DNA of 64,000 bases from a virus. Its lineage: Duplodnaviria; Caudoviricetes. Where the stretch lies: IMG/VR virus record IMGVR_UViG_3300034170_000057. One strand, written 5' to 3'. Both the position numbers and the translations under genes were made by a program. The notes under the pieces are model-generated. The model was not told the origin of the DNA, ran no database searches, and saw only the letters and a program-made list of their open reading frames with translations. This document shows positions 46,891 to 56,367 of the stretch, piece after piece (position 1 is the stretch's first letter; every line of letters starts with the position of its first letter).

Positions 46891-47466
46891 ATGGATAAGT
46901 TGAAACTTGCAAAATGGATTCGTGACGCAATGGCCGCCCGCGAAAATTCATTCGATACGGTGGCGTCTGCACAGGCGCAGGAAAACGCCTACCGTGAACG
47001 GGAATTGATGGTCGCGGCTGGCGATAAACATGCCTACATGTACGGCATTGTCGATCACGCCAAGTTCTACCGCATGACCCAACGTGAAGCGGTCGAAAGC
47101 GTGGTTCCTGCGGAGTTCGTGGAACCTGTTTATCTGCTGCTGGTGACAGCGTGGAACGATATCCAAGGCTGGTGTGACGATGTGGAAGGGATCGTGCGCC
47201 CTGCGCGTTCCTACGCGGTCACAGGCACAGAAGCCGATAGTGACTCTCACGTAATGGGCGGCGACTACAACTTCGAAACCACGTTCGATCCGGGTACGCC
47301 TGACGAAAAGAAATGTCAGACGCAGGTATGGGCACCGAACATGCTCCACGCCGCTTTCCAAGTCGGCCAACTGTTCGCGGAAAAGTTCGCGACTGATTTC
47401 ACCGTGGTTCCTATCCAGCCAGTGATTCTGAAACTGGAAAAGGTGGGCGAAGCTGAAGCCACGTAA
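46891..47466 (+). CDS. hypothetical protein
   Basis: GAGGA RBS. Confidence 0.7.
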   Translation: MDKLKLAKWIRDAMAARENSFDTVASAQAQENAYRERELMVAAGDKHAYMYGIVDHAKFYRMTQREAVESVVPAEFVEPVYLLLVTAWNDIQGWCDDVEGIVRPARSYAVTGTEADSDSHVMGGDYNFETTFDPGTPDEKKCQTQVWAPNMLHAAFQVGQLFAEKFATDFTVVPIQPVILKLEKVGEAEAT

Positions 47467-47550
47467 TTAACCTGACCCACTTTAATGCACATTCGTTGAG
47501 TGTGCATTGCAGATAAATCAGCATTCTCCTAACCGTAAAGGATACCCGAA

Positions 47551-48378
47551 ATGAGACAGACCGAAGTCCGTGCTAAATTCCCCGACCACAAATTGGTTTT
47601 CTCCGTCGCCAAAGCCCGTGCGTTTGAAAATCGAACGCTGTCGATTTACGTGAAGGGCACCAACGAATTCGTGGCGACCATCGAACAGCGGTCTGAAAAA
47701 GCTGTGGCGATGATCGTGCGACCGGGCCGGGGTAAAACTGCTTTGGCGAAATTCGTAGCGTTCGCGGAAGTGGGCAGCTACAAAAACGTGCATGAAGTTG
47801 AAAAGGCGATGAACGCCGAGCGTAAATTCGACGGCCTCGGAAATGTCGAGTGGGAAGACGCCCGCAAACAGTTCGTCAAAATGCAGGATCAGGATTTCGA
47901 CACGCTTATCAAAATGCTGGCTGTTTATTTCGGCGTGCTGGAAAATCGCAACAACGGCTATTCTAGTGAGCATTTCCAGTACCTGACTGCACAAGGTAAG
48001 ACGCTGTACCGTAATGCCGTGCAGATTGCTTCTGGCGCTACCTACGACACCGGCACAAAGGTTCCTGCGTTCCCCGGTAACGGCGGGCCGTTGCGTGAAC
48101 TGGCAATGTCTCCCGATGATCTGGCTAAGGCTTCCAAGCTGCTGCAAACGTCGCCAGTGGCACAGGTTGCACAAACCATTGCCGAGGGTAAGCAGAAACG
48201 TGAAGACCTCGACAAACGCACCGTGTGGGGCGCTGAAGACGACGCGATTTTCGAAATGGTCCAAGCCGATCACAAAATCCTATCTGATCGTCTGGCTGTT
48301 CTGTATTCCGCACGCGGCAGTAAAATCTCGATTCCGGAATTTGATCGTATCCGGAAAGCAAAAAAGGAAGCGCAATAA
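47551..48378 (+). CDS. hypothetical protein
   Basis: 275 aa, AAGGA RBS. Confidence 0.75.
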   Translation: MRQTEVRAKFPDHKLVFSVAKARAFENRTLSIYVKGTNEFVATIEQRSEKAVAMIVRPGRGKTALAKFVAFAEVGSYKNVHEVEKAMNAERKFDGLGNVEWEDARKQFVKMQDQDFDTLIKMLAVYFGVLENRNNGYSSEHFQYLTAQGKTLYRNAVQIASGATYDTGTKVPAFPGNGGPLRELAMSPDDLAKASKLLQTSPVAQVAQTIAEGKQKREDLDKRTVWGAEDDAIFEMVQADHKILSDRLAVLYSARGSKISIPEFDRIRKAKKEAQ

Positions 48379-48875
48379 TGCCTAAATCATCATCGTTCAT
48401 TATCAAGACGCGGCAGACCAACGGAATTACGGAACAGTTCGCCCGGTTAGTCGGGTATGAGCCGTACCCGGATGGCCGGTTTCTACAGGTTGGCGACAAC
48501 GGCGTTAAATGCCTGTACCGGCCCCTGATTGACGAAAACGGTTACGAAGGTGTGTGCCCCGTCGAATTCAATCCGTATGAAAACGGCAGCGATGCAATGC
48601 AGGTCGCCGCGTATTTGCGTGCATTTATTTGCGTGAGTGCTGACGGAAAACAAGTCAGCGTGGCAACCAACGATTTCGAAGCGGTTGCAGATTTGCCACA
48701 AAACAAGTCGTACATGCAACAGCATGCGAAAATCATGCGCGATACGATCATGGCCGTGGCTGCAATGTACGTGAAGAAACATTTCGACATTGACCCGCCA
48801 GTAAATACAACGACGCGTTCGGAAACCCACGAACCCACCGCCGCCCCTCACGTAAAGACCTACATCAAGGAATAA
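48378..48875 (+). CDS. hypothetical protein
   Basis: 165 aa. Confidence 0.7.
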   Translation: MPKSSSFIIKTRQTNGITEQFARLVGYEPYPDGRFLQVGDNGVKCLYRPLIDENGYEGVCPVEFNPYENGSDAMQVAAYLRAFICVSADGKQVSVATNDFEAVADLPQNKSYMQQHAKIMRDTIMAVAAMYVKKHFDIDPPVNTTTRSETHEPTAAPHVKTYIKE

Positions 48876-48880
48876 TCAAA

Positions 48881-49207
48881 ATGATGTTGTCGTGCAATAA
48901 AGTCAGCCGCGATCTTTCTGCGTGGACCCCTGAACAATTTTCGTTGGTGCAGAAATTCGCCCCGGCCAATCACCCGCTGATGTTTCCTGTGGACGAAAAG
49001 CCGATTTATTTGACGCTGGATAAATGCGTCGATCAGTTGAGCGATATTCACATCCGCATTATTCGTGATTTCGATTTTCGCGATCAGCTATCGGAACGTG
49101 TGCAACTGCACCAAGCTGGTTTGCTTGTAATGATCCTAATGGACCTGCTGATGCGTAGTGGCATTGCAGGAACCGAAACCCTGACATGGGACTACGGCGA
49201 TGAGTAA
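48881..49207 (+). CDS. hypothetical protein
   Basis: 108 aa. Confidence 0.6.
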   Translation: MMLSCNKVSRDLSAWTPEQFSLVQKFAPANHPLMFPVDEKPIYLTLDKCVDQLSDIHIRIIRDFDFRDQLSERVQLHQAGLLVMILMDLLMRSGIAGTETLTWDYGDE

Positions 49208-50231
49208 AATTTACGTGGATCTTTCCATAGGCCAGACCACGCCAATCGGTAAGGCACTGGGGCACATCTGGTACAGCAACCGGGCTCTGCGTGATCTAGG
49301 GCCGGGTATCAGTGGCTATCCGCACAACGGCGGCGAGCATTCCATGAGCATTACAGGCACGCCTGACGACTGCTTAGCGTTCATGGATTTGATCGGGGAG
49401 AAATATCCGATTGCACGCGACGACATGAATTTGTTTTCGTCGCACGTGAAAGCAAATCCTGAAAAGAAAAGTTTCGAAGCGCGGCAATTCTTCAACGATT
49501 TGCTGCGTCTGGAAATGGCGATCAGTTGCCACACGATTGATCTTTCGTCGGGTGAACGGAATATGTTCGGGGCCAACGTCCTGCACATGTACGAAATCCG
49601 TAAAGACCTTATGGCGAAGGCGCCGAACCTGTGTGGTTATCCGCACCCTGAATACGGCTCGATGTTTATCCAAGGTACGGGCCTTGAACTGGATAAATTC
49701 CTCAACGAATTTTCCACCGTGTACGACGACGCACAAACCTGCGAAGCCTGTGATGATATGCAGCGTGCATTGCGTGAAGGCCAGCCGGTGATTCGCGCCT
49801 ACCGTTACCTGCACCCGGAGAAATATCAGCCGGTATTTCCAGACTCCTATATGTTCGGGAAATTCACGCAGGTTTATATGGTCGAGGAACAATTCTCTTT
49901 CGGCCACATGATTTCGGCGCGTGATTCGTTTATCGGTAAGGCCCTGTGGGAAGTGGTGGACGTTACCTACACGCCTAAAAACTTCACGGTGTATTTCGTG
50001 AATGATTTCGCCATGGCGTTTACCTACAAAGAAATCGGTTTCGAATACGGCGAAGAAACAGACTTCGCATCTGATTACTCGCCAGCGTCCCGGACAGCAC
50101 CGGAAGGCGAAGCGATGGTTAGATTGCAGCAGTGCATTCGTTCCTACGCCGACCGCTACGACGAAAAGTTGGCGTGGTTTGCCGAGCAGATTGCAAACGA
50201 TCCACGCTACGGAAAACAGGGGCAGAGCTAA
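49200..50231 (+). CDS. hypothetical protein with internal GYPH repeat
   Basis: GYPH...SM.I.GT occurs twice. Confidence 0.75.
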   Translation: MSKIYVDLSIGQTTPIGKALGHIWYSNRALRDLGPGISGYPHNGGEHSMSITGTPDDCLAFMDLIGEKYPIARDDMNLFSSHVKANPEKKSFEARQFFNDLLRLEMAISCHTIDLSSGERNMFGANVLHMYEIRKDLMAKAPNLCGYPHPEYGSMFIQGTGLELDKFLNEFSTVYDDAQTCEACDDMQRALREGQPVIRAYRYLHPEKYQPVFPDSYMFGKFTQVYMVEEQFSFGHMISARDSFIGKALWEVVDVTYTPKNFTVYFVNDFAMAFTYKEIGFEYGEETDFASDYSPASRTAPEGEAMVRLQQCIRSYADRYDEKLAWFAEQIANDPRYGKQGQS

Positions 50232-50677
50232 TGGGTATCGTCGTCGGTTTTCACAAGCGCCCGGAAAGTGTAAATGGAATGAGCGAGCGCATTTTGCCCT
50301 CGATGGTAATTCCCGGCTTTCGCCTGTTCGTTGCCTACGGGCTGGCACCCTACAACGAACGCAGCTACGTGGCTGAAATCCTGATCCGTAGTTCGCCACG
50401 GGTGCAGTGTACGTCCGTAGGGCCTGTGGAAATGATCACCTATCGTTCTGTGCGTGATGGAAAGGTCAGTGGTTTTGAAGGTGAAATGTCATTGCGTGAT
50501 TGCGGCATTATCCAGAATACCTACAACATGCACTGCGCGTTTCTCACACGCGAAGCTGCCGACGCCTATCTACGGCGGATCGAAGCAGAACAGTTCACGC
50601 ACTTCGAAAAGCGTAAGTGGGACAAACTCAACGAGCGCCGCTCGATCACAATCAAGGGAACAAAGGGGAAGAAATAA
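50231..50677 (+). CDS. hypothetical protein (paralogue of 51519-51941)
   Basis: SLRDCGIIQNTYNMHCAFLTREAADAY. Confidence 0.7.
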   Translation: MGIVVGFHKRPESVNGMSERILPSMVIPGFRLFVAYGLAPYNERSYVAEILIRSSPRVQCTSVGPVEMITYRSVRDGKVSGFEGEMSLRDCGIIQNTYNMHCAFLTREAADAYLRRIEAEQFTHFEKRKWDKLNERRSITIKGTKGKK

Positions 50678-51360
50678 TGCGCCATCAAATCGGTGAAAAG
50701 GTTTGGGTATTTTGGGCCGACATTGAAGACGGTTTCATGTATCCGTTTTATTCTCTCTTCAACAAGTTTGCCGAAGTGGCACCGGCTGATTTCCCGGCTG
50801 TGCAATTTCGTGAACTGACCGTTACCGAACACCATCGGGTAAAAGGCGAATACGACTGTAAAGACGCGGAGCCGACCCACGACGGTTATGTCCTGTCGGA
50901 TGCGAAAGGCGGTGTGTGGCACAACCAATACCCGTATGCAGAATTAGGCGGGCAAATGTCTGACGGTGCCCACCACGTTTTCAGTATCAGCAACGAAGGC
51001 GAGGAAGGGCGCGTGTTACTGGAATGGATGCGCGTCAACGCAGGCAGTTTGCGAGGCACTGCACCGTCACCGGCTTCTATGGCACTACTGACCCACGAAC
51101 TGCGGGACATTCGCCGCGCCCTGCACACACTGGAAACTGGCAAAGGCTATTTCGGTCAAACGTCCGAACCCGATTTGCCGCGTGCTGAAAAACTGCGGGC
51201 GTGGTTCGAATATATCCTCGGTGAATTCGGCAAACAAACCGGCCTGTCGATTAACGAAGAGCCGTGCATGGTCGCGGACAAAGACAACGACGACCAGAAA
51301 AAACATCTGGCGGGCTGGTACGATTTCACGATTGTCGAGGCACCCAAAAATGAAGCGTGA
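50677..51360 (+). CDS. hypothetical protein
   Basis: 227 aa. Confidence 0.7.
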   Translation: MRHQIGEKVWVFWADIEDGFMYPFYSLFNKFAEVAPADFPAVQFRELTVTEHHRVKGEYDCKDAEPTHDGYVLSDAKGGVWHNQYPYAELGGQMSDGAHHVFSISNEGEEGRVLLEWMRVNAGSLRGTAPSPASMALLTHELRDIRRALHTLETGKGYFGQTSEPDLPRAEKLRAWFEYILGEFGKQTGLSINEEPCMVADKDNDDQKKHLAGWYDFTIVEAPKNEA

Positions 51361-51550
51361 AATGCAAATCGCAGCAGACACGTGTTACGAGGTCTGCAAT
51401 TACAACCAAGCTCGCTTTCTGGAGCTGATGTTAGCGCAGGGCTACGCAGCGGATCACCCGGATCTGGAATGGCTGTTAAAAAACTGGGAATTCGACGACG
51501 CTGGCCCCATGAAAAAGGATGCTGCAAATGGCAAAGAACAGGCGAGTTAA
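51350..51550 (+). CDS. hypothetical protein
   Basis: GAGG RBS. Confidence 0.5.
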   Translation: MKREMQIAADTCYEVCNYNQARFLELMLAQGYAADHPDLEWLLKNWEFDDAGPMKKDAANGKEQAS

Positions 51551-51941
51551 ATACGCGGAACTGAAAGCCGGTATGACGGTGTACAAGGTGTATGCCTTTC
51601 CACACCGTGGGGAATCATCGTGGATCGTCACCTATCACGTGCTGGGCCGTCCGAAGGCTGGCCTTTCAGGTAAGGCCAAGAAACACCACTTCGTGCCGTA
51701 CACTGAATTCAATTTCTTTGACGGAAAACGCCTTGAATACAAATTCAGTATTGGCGATGCAAACGTGATTCCGAACCACTACAATTTCCACCGGCTATTC
51801 CATACCAAGAAAGCAGCCGAGGCCTACGCGAAACGCGTGCGCGCCGGGTGCCTCACAGCAGCAGAACGTAAAAGTATAGGCCGCCATGATCGCCTGTGGG
51901 CCTCTACGAAATCGGCGGTGTATCTCAAAAAAGCAGCGTAA
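51519..51941 (+). CDS. hypothetical protein (paralogue of 50231-50677)
   Basis: SIGDANVIPNHYNFHRLFHTKKAAEAY. Confidence 0.7.
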   Translation: MLQMAKNRRVKYAELKAGMTVYKVYAFPHRGESSWIVTYHVLGRPKAGLSGKAKKHHFVPYTEFNFFDGKRLEYKFSIGDANVIPNHYNFHRLFHTKKAAEAYAKRVRAGCLTAAERKSIGRHDRLWASTKSAVYLKKAA

Positions 51942-52164
51942 GTAAACTGACGGCAGTCGAGGAAGTGAAAGTGGATATTATCCAATGCAATATTTCGAGT
52001 TTCAAAGGGGAAGCGGTTCAAGGGGAACGCGACGTGATTAGCAGCAGTCGGGCGCTGGCGCGGAACGATCAGGTTTACACTGATTTCGAACTCATGGTTC
52101 GGCAGGTACAGAAACGCTTCAAAAAGCACGCGAAGAAATTTCGCAAACAACGGGCAACAATCGC

Positions 52165-52428
52165 ATGATCTATGTGACGGCATTTTGCGTGACGTTCATC
52201 GCAATTTTCCTGAAGGGTTTCCAGTTCAAAAATATCCAGCACAATAAGTGGTGGGGCATGTTCACCACCTCCTATGTGCAGGGCACGTTTGAATTCGTTG
52301 CAGCAGGCACCTACGCCACGATCTTTCTGCAAGGTACGTGGTGGTACTGCTTTATCAATGGATCGGCGGCTGCGATTTCAATCGTTTGCTCGACGTGGTT
52401 ACACAACAGATGGTTCGCATCCACCTGA
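52165..52428 (+). CDS. small membrane protein
   Basis: Three hydrophobic segments. Confidence 0.6.
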   Translation: MIYVTAFCVTFIAIFLKGFQFKNIQHNKWWGMFTTSYVQGTFEFVAAGTYATIFLQGTWWYCFINGSAAAISIVCSTWLHNRWFAST

Positions 52429-52504
52429 CGAACTAGTGAAGGGCATCTAGACTGGTGCCCTTTGCAGTGCAATCAGATACTGTAAATAATACGAGGGGCT
52501 AATT

Positions 52505-52930
52505 ATGCCAGCCGTCATTGATTCGTTTAGCATCACCTACGACTATCACCGTCTGCTGATCCGCAAGGGTTTCGAAAACGGCGGGGAAACGTTGGAAAAC
52601 TTCCTGCATTATTTTCGGCAGGACTACAACGCGCAAGATGTGGTGTTCGCTGATCCGGGTTTGGGTTGGCAGTCGAACCAGTATGACGGCAAAGTGTGTG
52701 TCGGCATTTTCTGGATTTACACGCTGACCGCTGGCGGGCACAAACCGTTGCGTGTTGGAATTATCAGCACCAACGTTCACCACATGGAACACGCGGCGCT
52801 GAAATGGTTGAATGCACACCGCCAGCGCAACCCGGACAACTCCGGTCGGTGGCCTACGGTTAAATTGTCCGAGTCACGTACCGACGCAGAAGTTTGCCCG
52901 GTGCAAATTCCTGAAGAGGGAATGTTTTAA
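52505..52930 (+). CDS. hypothetical protein
   Basis: GAGG RBS downstream of CTGTAAATA motif. Confidence 0.7.
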   Translation: MPAVIDSFSITYDYHRLLIRKGFENGGETLENFLHYFRQDYNAQDVVFADPGLGWQSNQYDGKVCVGIFWIYTLTAGGHKPLRVGIISTNVHHMEHAALKWLNAHRQRNPDNSGRWPTVKLSESRTDAEVCPVQIPEEGMF

Positions 52931-52979
52931 GCTGTAAAAGTTTGCAACACGGAAATCTAAAAATGAGGAAGGCGAGATA

Positions 52980-53330
52980 ATGTACTACGGCGGAAGTAAA
53001 CCACGGAAAGAATATCCACGTTTGAGCGAAGCAGAATTCTTGCTGCACGCCAAATGGATGCGTACCAGTCTGGAAGTGAAAGCGACGAAGGGCGCTTATC
53101 TGGTGATGGTCGAAGGCTTGACCCAAAAGGAAGCCGCTGCCATTTCGGGTTCCAGTCAATCGAACGTGAACGAAGCCGTACAGCGCACGTCGCGCCGCCA
53201 TTACGAATTGATGGAAGTTTACGGCGCACGTTTGGGGAGTACAGCGCACGAACTTCTGGAAAACGTACTAGGTACTGTCGCGAACGGGGAATGGCAAAAT
53301 GGCAAAGAGCAAATCACAAAAGCAGGCTGA
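52980..53330 (+). CDS. TrfB/KorA-like HTH transcription regulator
   Basis: YLVMVEGLTQKEAAAISGSSQSNVNEAVQR. Confidence 0.6.
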   Translation: MYYGGSKPRKEYPRLSEAEFLLHAKWMRTSLEVKATKGAYLVMVEGLTQKEAAAISGSSQSNVNEAVQRTSRRHYELMEVYGARLGSTAHELLENVLGTVANGEWQNGKEQITKAG

Positions 53331-53538
53331 AGCAATTGAACGCAAGTTATCGTTTTGGGATTTGAATTTTGCGCGGTACTCTGACCGGCAGTTTCCAAAC
53401 CGTATATACAACGATCACCAGAAGCGTTTCGGGAAAGAATATGCCGACCGCGAAGCCACACACGCCCACCGTCTGTTTGCCACTTACTGCAATGAAGTAG
53501 GTCGGGATTTCCATGGCAACCCCGTTCAAGGAAAGTAA
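53299..53538 (+). CDS. hypothetical protein
   Basis: 79 aa. Confidence 0.5.
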   Translation: MAKSKSQKQAEAIERKLSFWDLNFARYSDRQFPNRIYNDHQKRFGKEYADREATHAHRLFATYCNEVGRDFHGNPVQGK

Positions 53539-54448
53539 AATGCAGCGTCCTAAACCACGCGTAGAGTACAGCGAAAAATTCCAAATGTTCGCTGATAACT
53601 TGATTACCCGTTGCGCGGAAACGAGCAGCGAGAAAGTGCGTATGACCCGCCGCCATGTAAATGCGCTGGCGGCCTACTATGGATTCGCCCCGCTGACTAA
53701 TCCGAACCAACGTGCGTTGCGTGAACTCATGGGCGAGCGTGGGTATAAAATTCAAATCGGTGCAGCCGCTGTTTTTCTGTCCCGGTTGCCGGTCACGAAT
53801 GTGGAACCCGCAATGTGGCCCGCACTGATCGACAACATTTGTCAAAAGCTGGGTGCGCTCTATCACACGTCGGACGAAAACACGTCGGGTAAAAAGCTAC
53901 TGCGTATGACCCCTGCGAAATTCCGGAACATTGCGACTATCTGGCCCGCTGATAATCTGGCTTTCAATCAGGCGTGTATCGAGGAAATGTTTGAACTCGG
54001 CTACACGATGATTTTCCGCGTGAACTACATCGACGTTTGTGCAATCGGTGACGAATCCAAACCGGGTAAGCGGAAAGCCAACGTAAAGCAGGCGCAACCG
54101 CTGATTGCCTTGATGAATGGGCGCGCTCTGTTGGAGGCTGCATTGCACCCGCGCCGTCTGGCTTGGCGTGCGGGGTTTTCTCATGCACTGATGATCAATG
54201 CCAAAGGCAAAGGCAGTTGGGCCTCTACAGCGCTCTCAAGGGCCTTGCTGAACCTGCGGGAGCCCGTACACGATAGCAACGGCGCCGCAATGACAACTCT
54301 CGCTTTGAACCACGGCGACGTTTTGCTGGTGAACGAAGCTGCCTATCCACTGATCAAATCTTGCACCGTCCGTTGCCTCGATTCTGGCTCCGTTTATGAG
54401 CCGGATATTTTGGCGAGGGCATTGAACGGGGATTCTGTAAATGACTGA
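53513..54448 (+). CDS. hypothetical protein
   Basis: About 300 aa; start may be 53540. Confidence 0.7.
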   Translation: MATPFKESKMQRPKPRVEYSEKFQMFADNLITRCAETSSEKVRMTRRHVNALAAYYGFAPLTNPNQRALRELMGERGYKIQIGAAAVFLSRLPVTNVEPAMWPALIDNICQKLGALYHTSDENTSGKKLLRMTPAKFRNIATIWPADNLAFNQACIEEMFELGYTMIFRVNYIDVCAIGDESKPGKRKANVKQAQPLIALMNGRALLEAALHPRRLAWRAGFSHALMINAKGKGSWASTALSRALLNLREPVHDSNGAAMTTLALNHGDVLLVNEAAYPLIKSCTVRCLDSGSVYEPDILARALNGDSVND

Positions 54449-55001
54449 AGAGGTAGAACGTTCGAACAGCGCTTTCGTGACAAGGTTGTGTGCGATGAAA
54501 TTGCACAACCTGCGTCAGGTTTACGGCAACATGACATTTCGTGAAGTGGTCGAACTGGCAGAACAGTCAGACGATTATTTGTCGGCCATGAACGTATTTG
54601 ATCCTGCGTGGAAAAAGTTCACGCATGACCGCCGCGTGTTTTGGGAATATGCGTGGCTGCTTACCAGCGAAAGCGGTGGCACTTTTAGCCCGTCTGATTC
54701 ACACGTGAAATATCACAATTTCATCGTGGCGCATCCGTGGCAGCAACCGAACCTCGATTGGTGCGGTTACAAGGAATGGCTGCATAACCGGAAAGAAGAC
54801 GTGTGCGAAGAGTGGGGCCACTGGTTGCCCGTGTATTTGCGACCGGACGAAGTGGCGAGCTATGCACTGAAAATTTACCACCACCATAAAGGCCTGAATG
54901 GGCACGGTTGGCTGGCGGGAATTGAAATCGAAGAACTGGCTGTGGAGGACGATCCGCAGGTTCTATCAACGCTCCGTAATATTCAAGGGGAACGGAAATA
55001 A
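54441..55001 (+). CDS. hypothetical protein
   Basis: 186 aa. Confidence 0.7.
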   Translation: MTEEVERSNSAFVTRLCAMKLHNLRQVYGNMTFREVVELAEQSDDYLSAMNVFDPAWKKFTHDRRVFWEYAWLLTSESGGTFSPSDSHVKYHNFIVAHPWQQPNLDWCGYKEWLHNRKEDVCEEWGHWLPVYLRPDEVASYALKIYHHHKGLNGHGWLAGIEIEELAVEDDPQVLSTLRNIQGERK

Positions 55002-55672
55002 TGACGGCTTGTATCAGAAAGCGGGAAGGTGGGGTTTATTGGTTCGAAGGTTGTGCTGGCGACACGATTTCCAAGAATATCGACGAAGTGATCGAAAAGC
55101 TGAAAGAGCTGGAGGCCGAGGGCCAGCAGGTTAAGGGCATTCTGACTTTCAACGGTCTGGAACTGAATCTGCTGCACAACACTGACCCTGCGCTGGCGCT
55201 CGTTGTGTGGAATTCTGCGTGCGATAAACGTCACGAGGAATACATCGCTTCGGACAGTTACAAAGTGCAGCAGGAAGCGGCTGCAAAACGCCTGATCGTT
55301 TCACAGAAAAATATGGATGAATTGGTTGCACAAATTCGCCCGTTGCTTTCTGATTGGGCTGCTGTGAATGGTGGTTCTGGTATCCAGCCAAATGGAGATA
55401 CCGCGCTTCGGTTGATGGCGCTACTCAAAGAGTACATCGAAGAAGCCGACAACATTCATATCAATCACTACGGCCCGGAAATTGTCGTGCTGTTGGAAGC
55501 TGCCGGGTACAAGGAAAACGAATACACGGGCGGCAATAAACCCGTGAAGCAATACGAAACCCGTGCGTGGTTTTGTGGGCAAATGCTCAACATGATGAAA
55601 AGCCCTATGGGTTGTGCCCATCCGGGGCTAGCCTCGATGGTCGATAAATATAAACTGCATCTGAATCCGTGA
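55001..55672 (+). CDS. hypothetical protein
   Basis: 223 aa. Confidence 0.7.
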   Translation: MTACIRKREGGVYWFEGCAGDTISKNIDEVIEKLKELEAEGQQVKGILTFNGLELNLLHNTDPALALVVWNSACDKRHEEYIASDSYKVQQEAAAKRLIVSQKNMDELVAQIRPLLSDWAAVNGGSGIQPNGDTALRLMALLKEYIEEADNIHINHYGPEIVVLLEAAGYKENEYTGGNKPVKQYETRAWFCGQMLNMMKSPMGCAHPGLASMVDKYKLHLNP

Positions 55673-55707
55673 GCTGACGGCTACACTGAGGAAGGCGAGG
55701 AAGACAA

Positions 55708-55920
55708 ATGGAAAATCGTTCTTACGAAATCGTCGATGATCGGTACGAACCGAAAAAAGGCGTGAACATTGCTGAAGCCATCCAACACGCGGTCGAGGAT
55801 GTGCAGGCAAACGCCACGGCGAAATTTGGGCTCGACGCCGAGCGCTGTGTACCCTTTACCCATAATGATCGCCCACGCGACGTGTGGGATGCGTTAATGG
55901 AAAAGATGAGGAACAATTGA
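55708..55920 (+). CDS. hypothetical protein
   Basis: GAGGA RBS. Confidence 0.6.
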   Translation: MENRSYEIVDDRYEPKKGVNIAEAIQHAVEDVQANATAKFGLDAERCVPFTHNDRPRDVWDALMEKMRNN

Positions 55921-56291
55921 TGGCCCTGAAGTTTGAGAATTGCAAACGCCGTTTTGACGTGACGGTAAAAATCCAGACGTATGACAAACACGATTGGCAG
56001 ACCGAGTACGAAGGCTCGATGTGCGTGTGGTCATATAGCCCATCCCTGCGTCAACTGACCGATCCGATTTTGGATGAAACCAAGCTGAACAAATCGGGCG
56101 CCCGCATTTCGATCCTGTACATTCGCGAACACGAATTCAGCGAATACACCCCGGCGCAAATGGGCAAGATGATGGCGCAGGAAGGCTACACGTTTTCGGA
56201 TAATCCGTATGTCGATACTGACCATTCGCAAGCGGATACTTGGATCGAATCCTTTACCAAGGAAATTGCGTTCCTCAAAAAGCGCGGCTAA
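55920..56291 (+). CDS. hypothetical protein
   Basis: GAGGA RBS. Confidence 0.65.
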   Translation: MALKFENCKRRFDVTVKIQTYDKHDWQTEYEGSMCVWSYSPSLRQLTDPILDETKLNKSGARISILYIREHEFSEYTPAQMGKMMAQEGYTFSDNPYVDTDHSQADTWIESFTKEIAFLKKRG

Positions 56292-56367
56292 ATAAGGCCC
56301 GCTGTAAAAGTAGTAATCGGGAAGTCTAACGGTAGAACAACCCTTAACGTGGAAAGTGAGAAAACAA

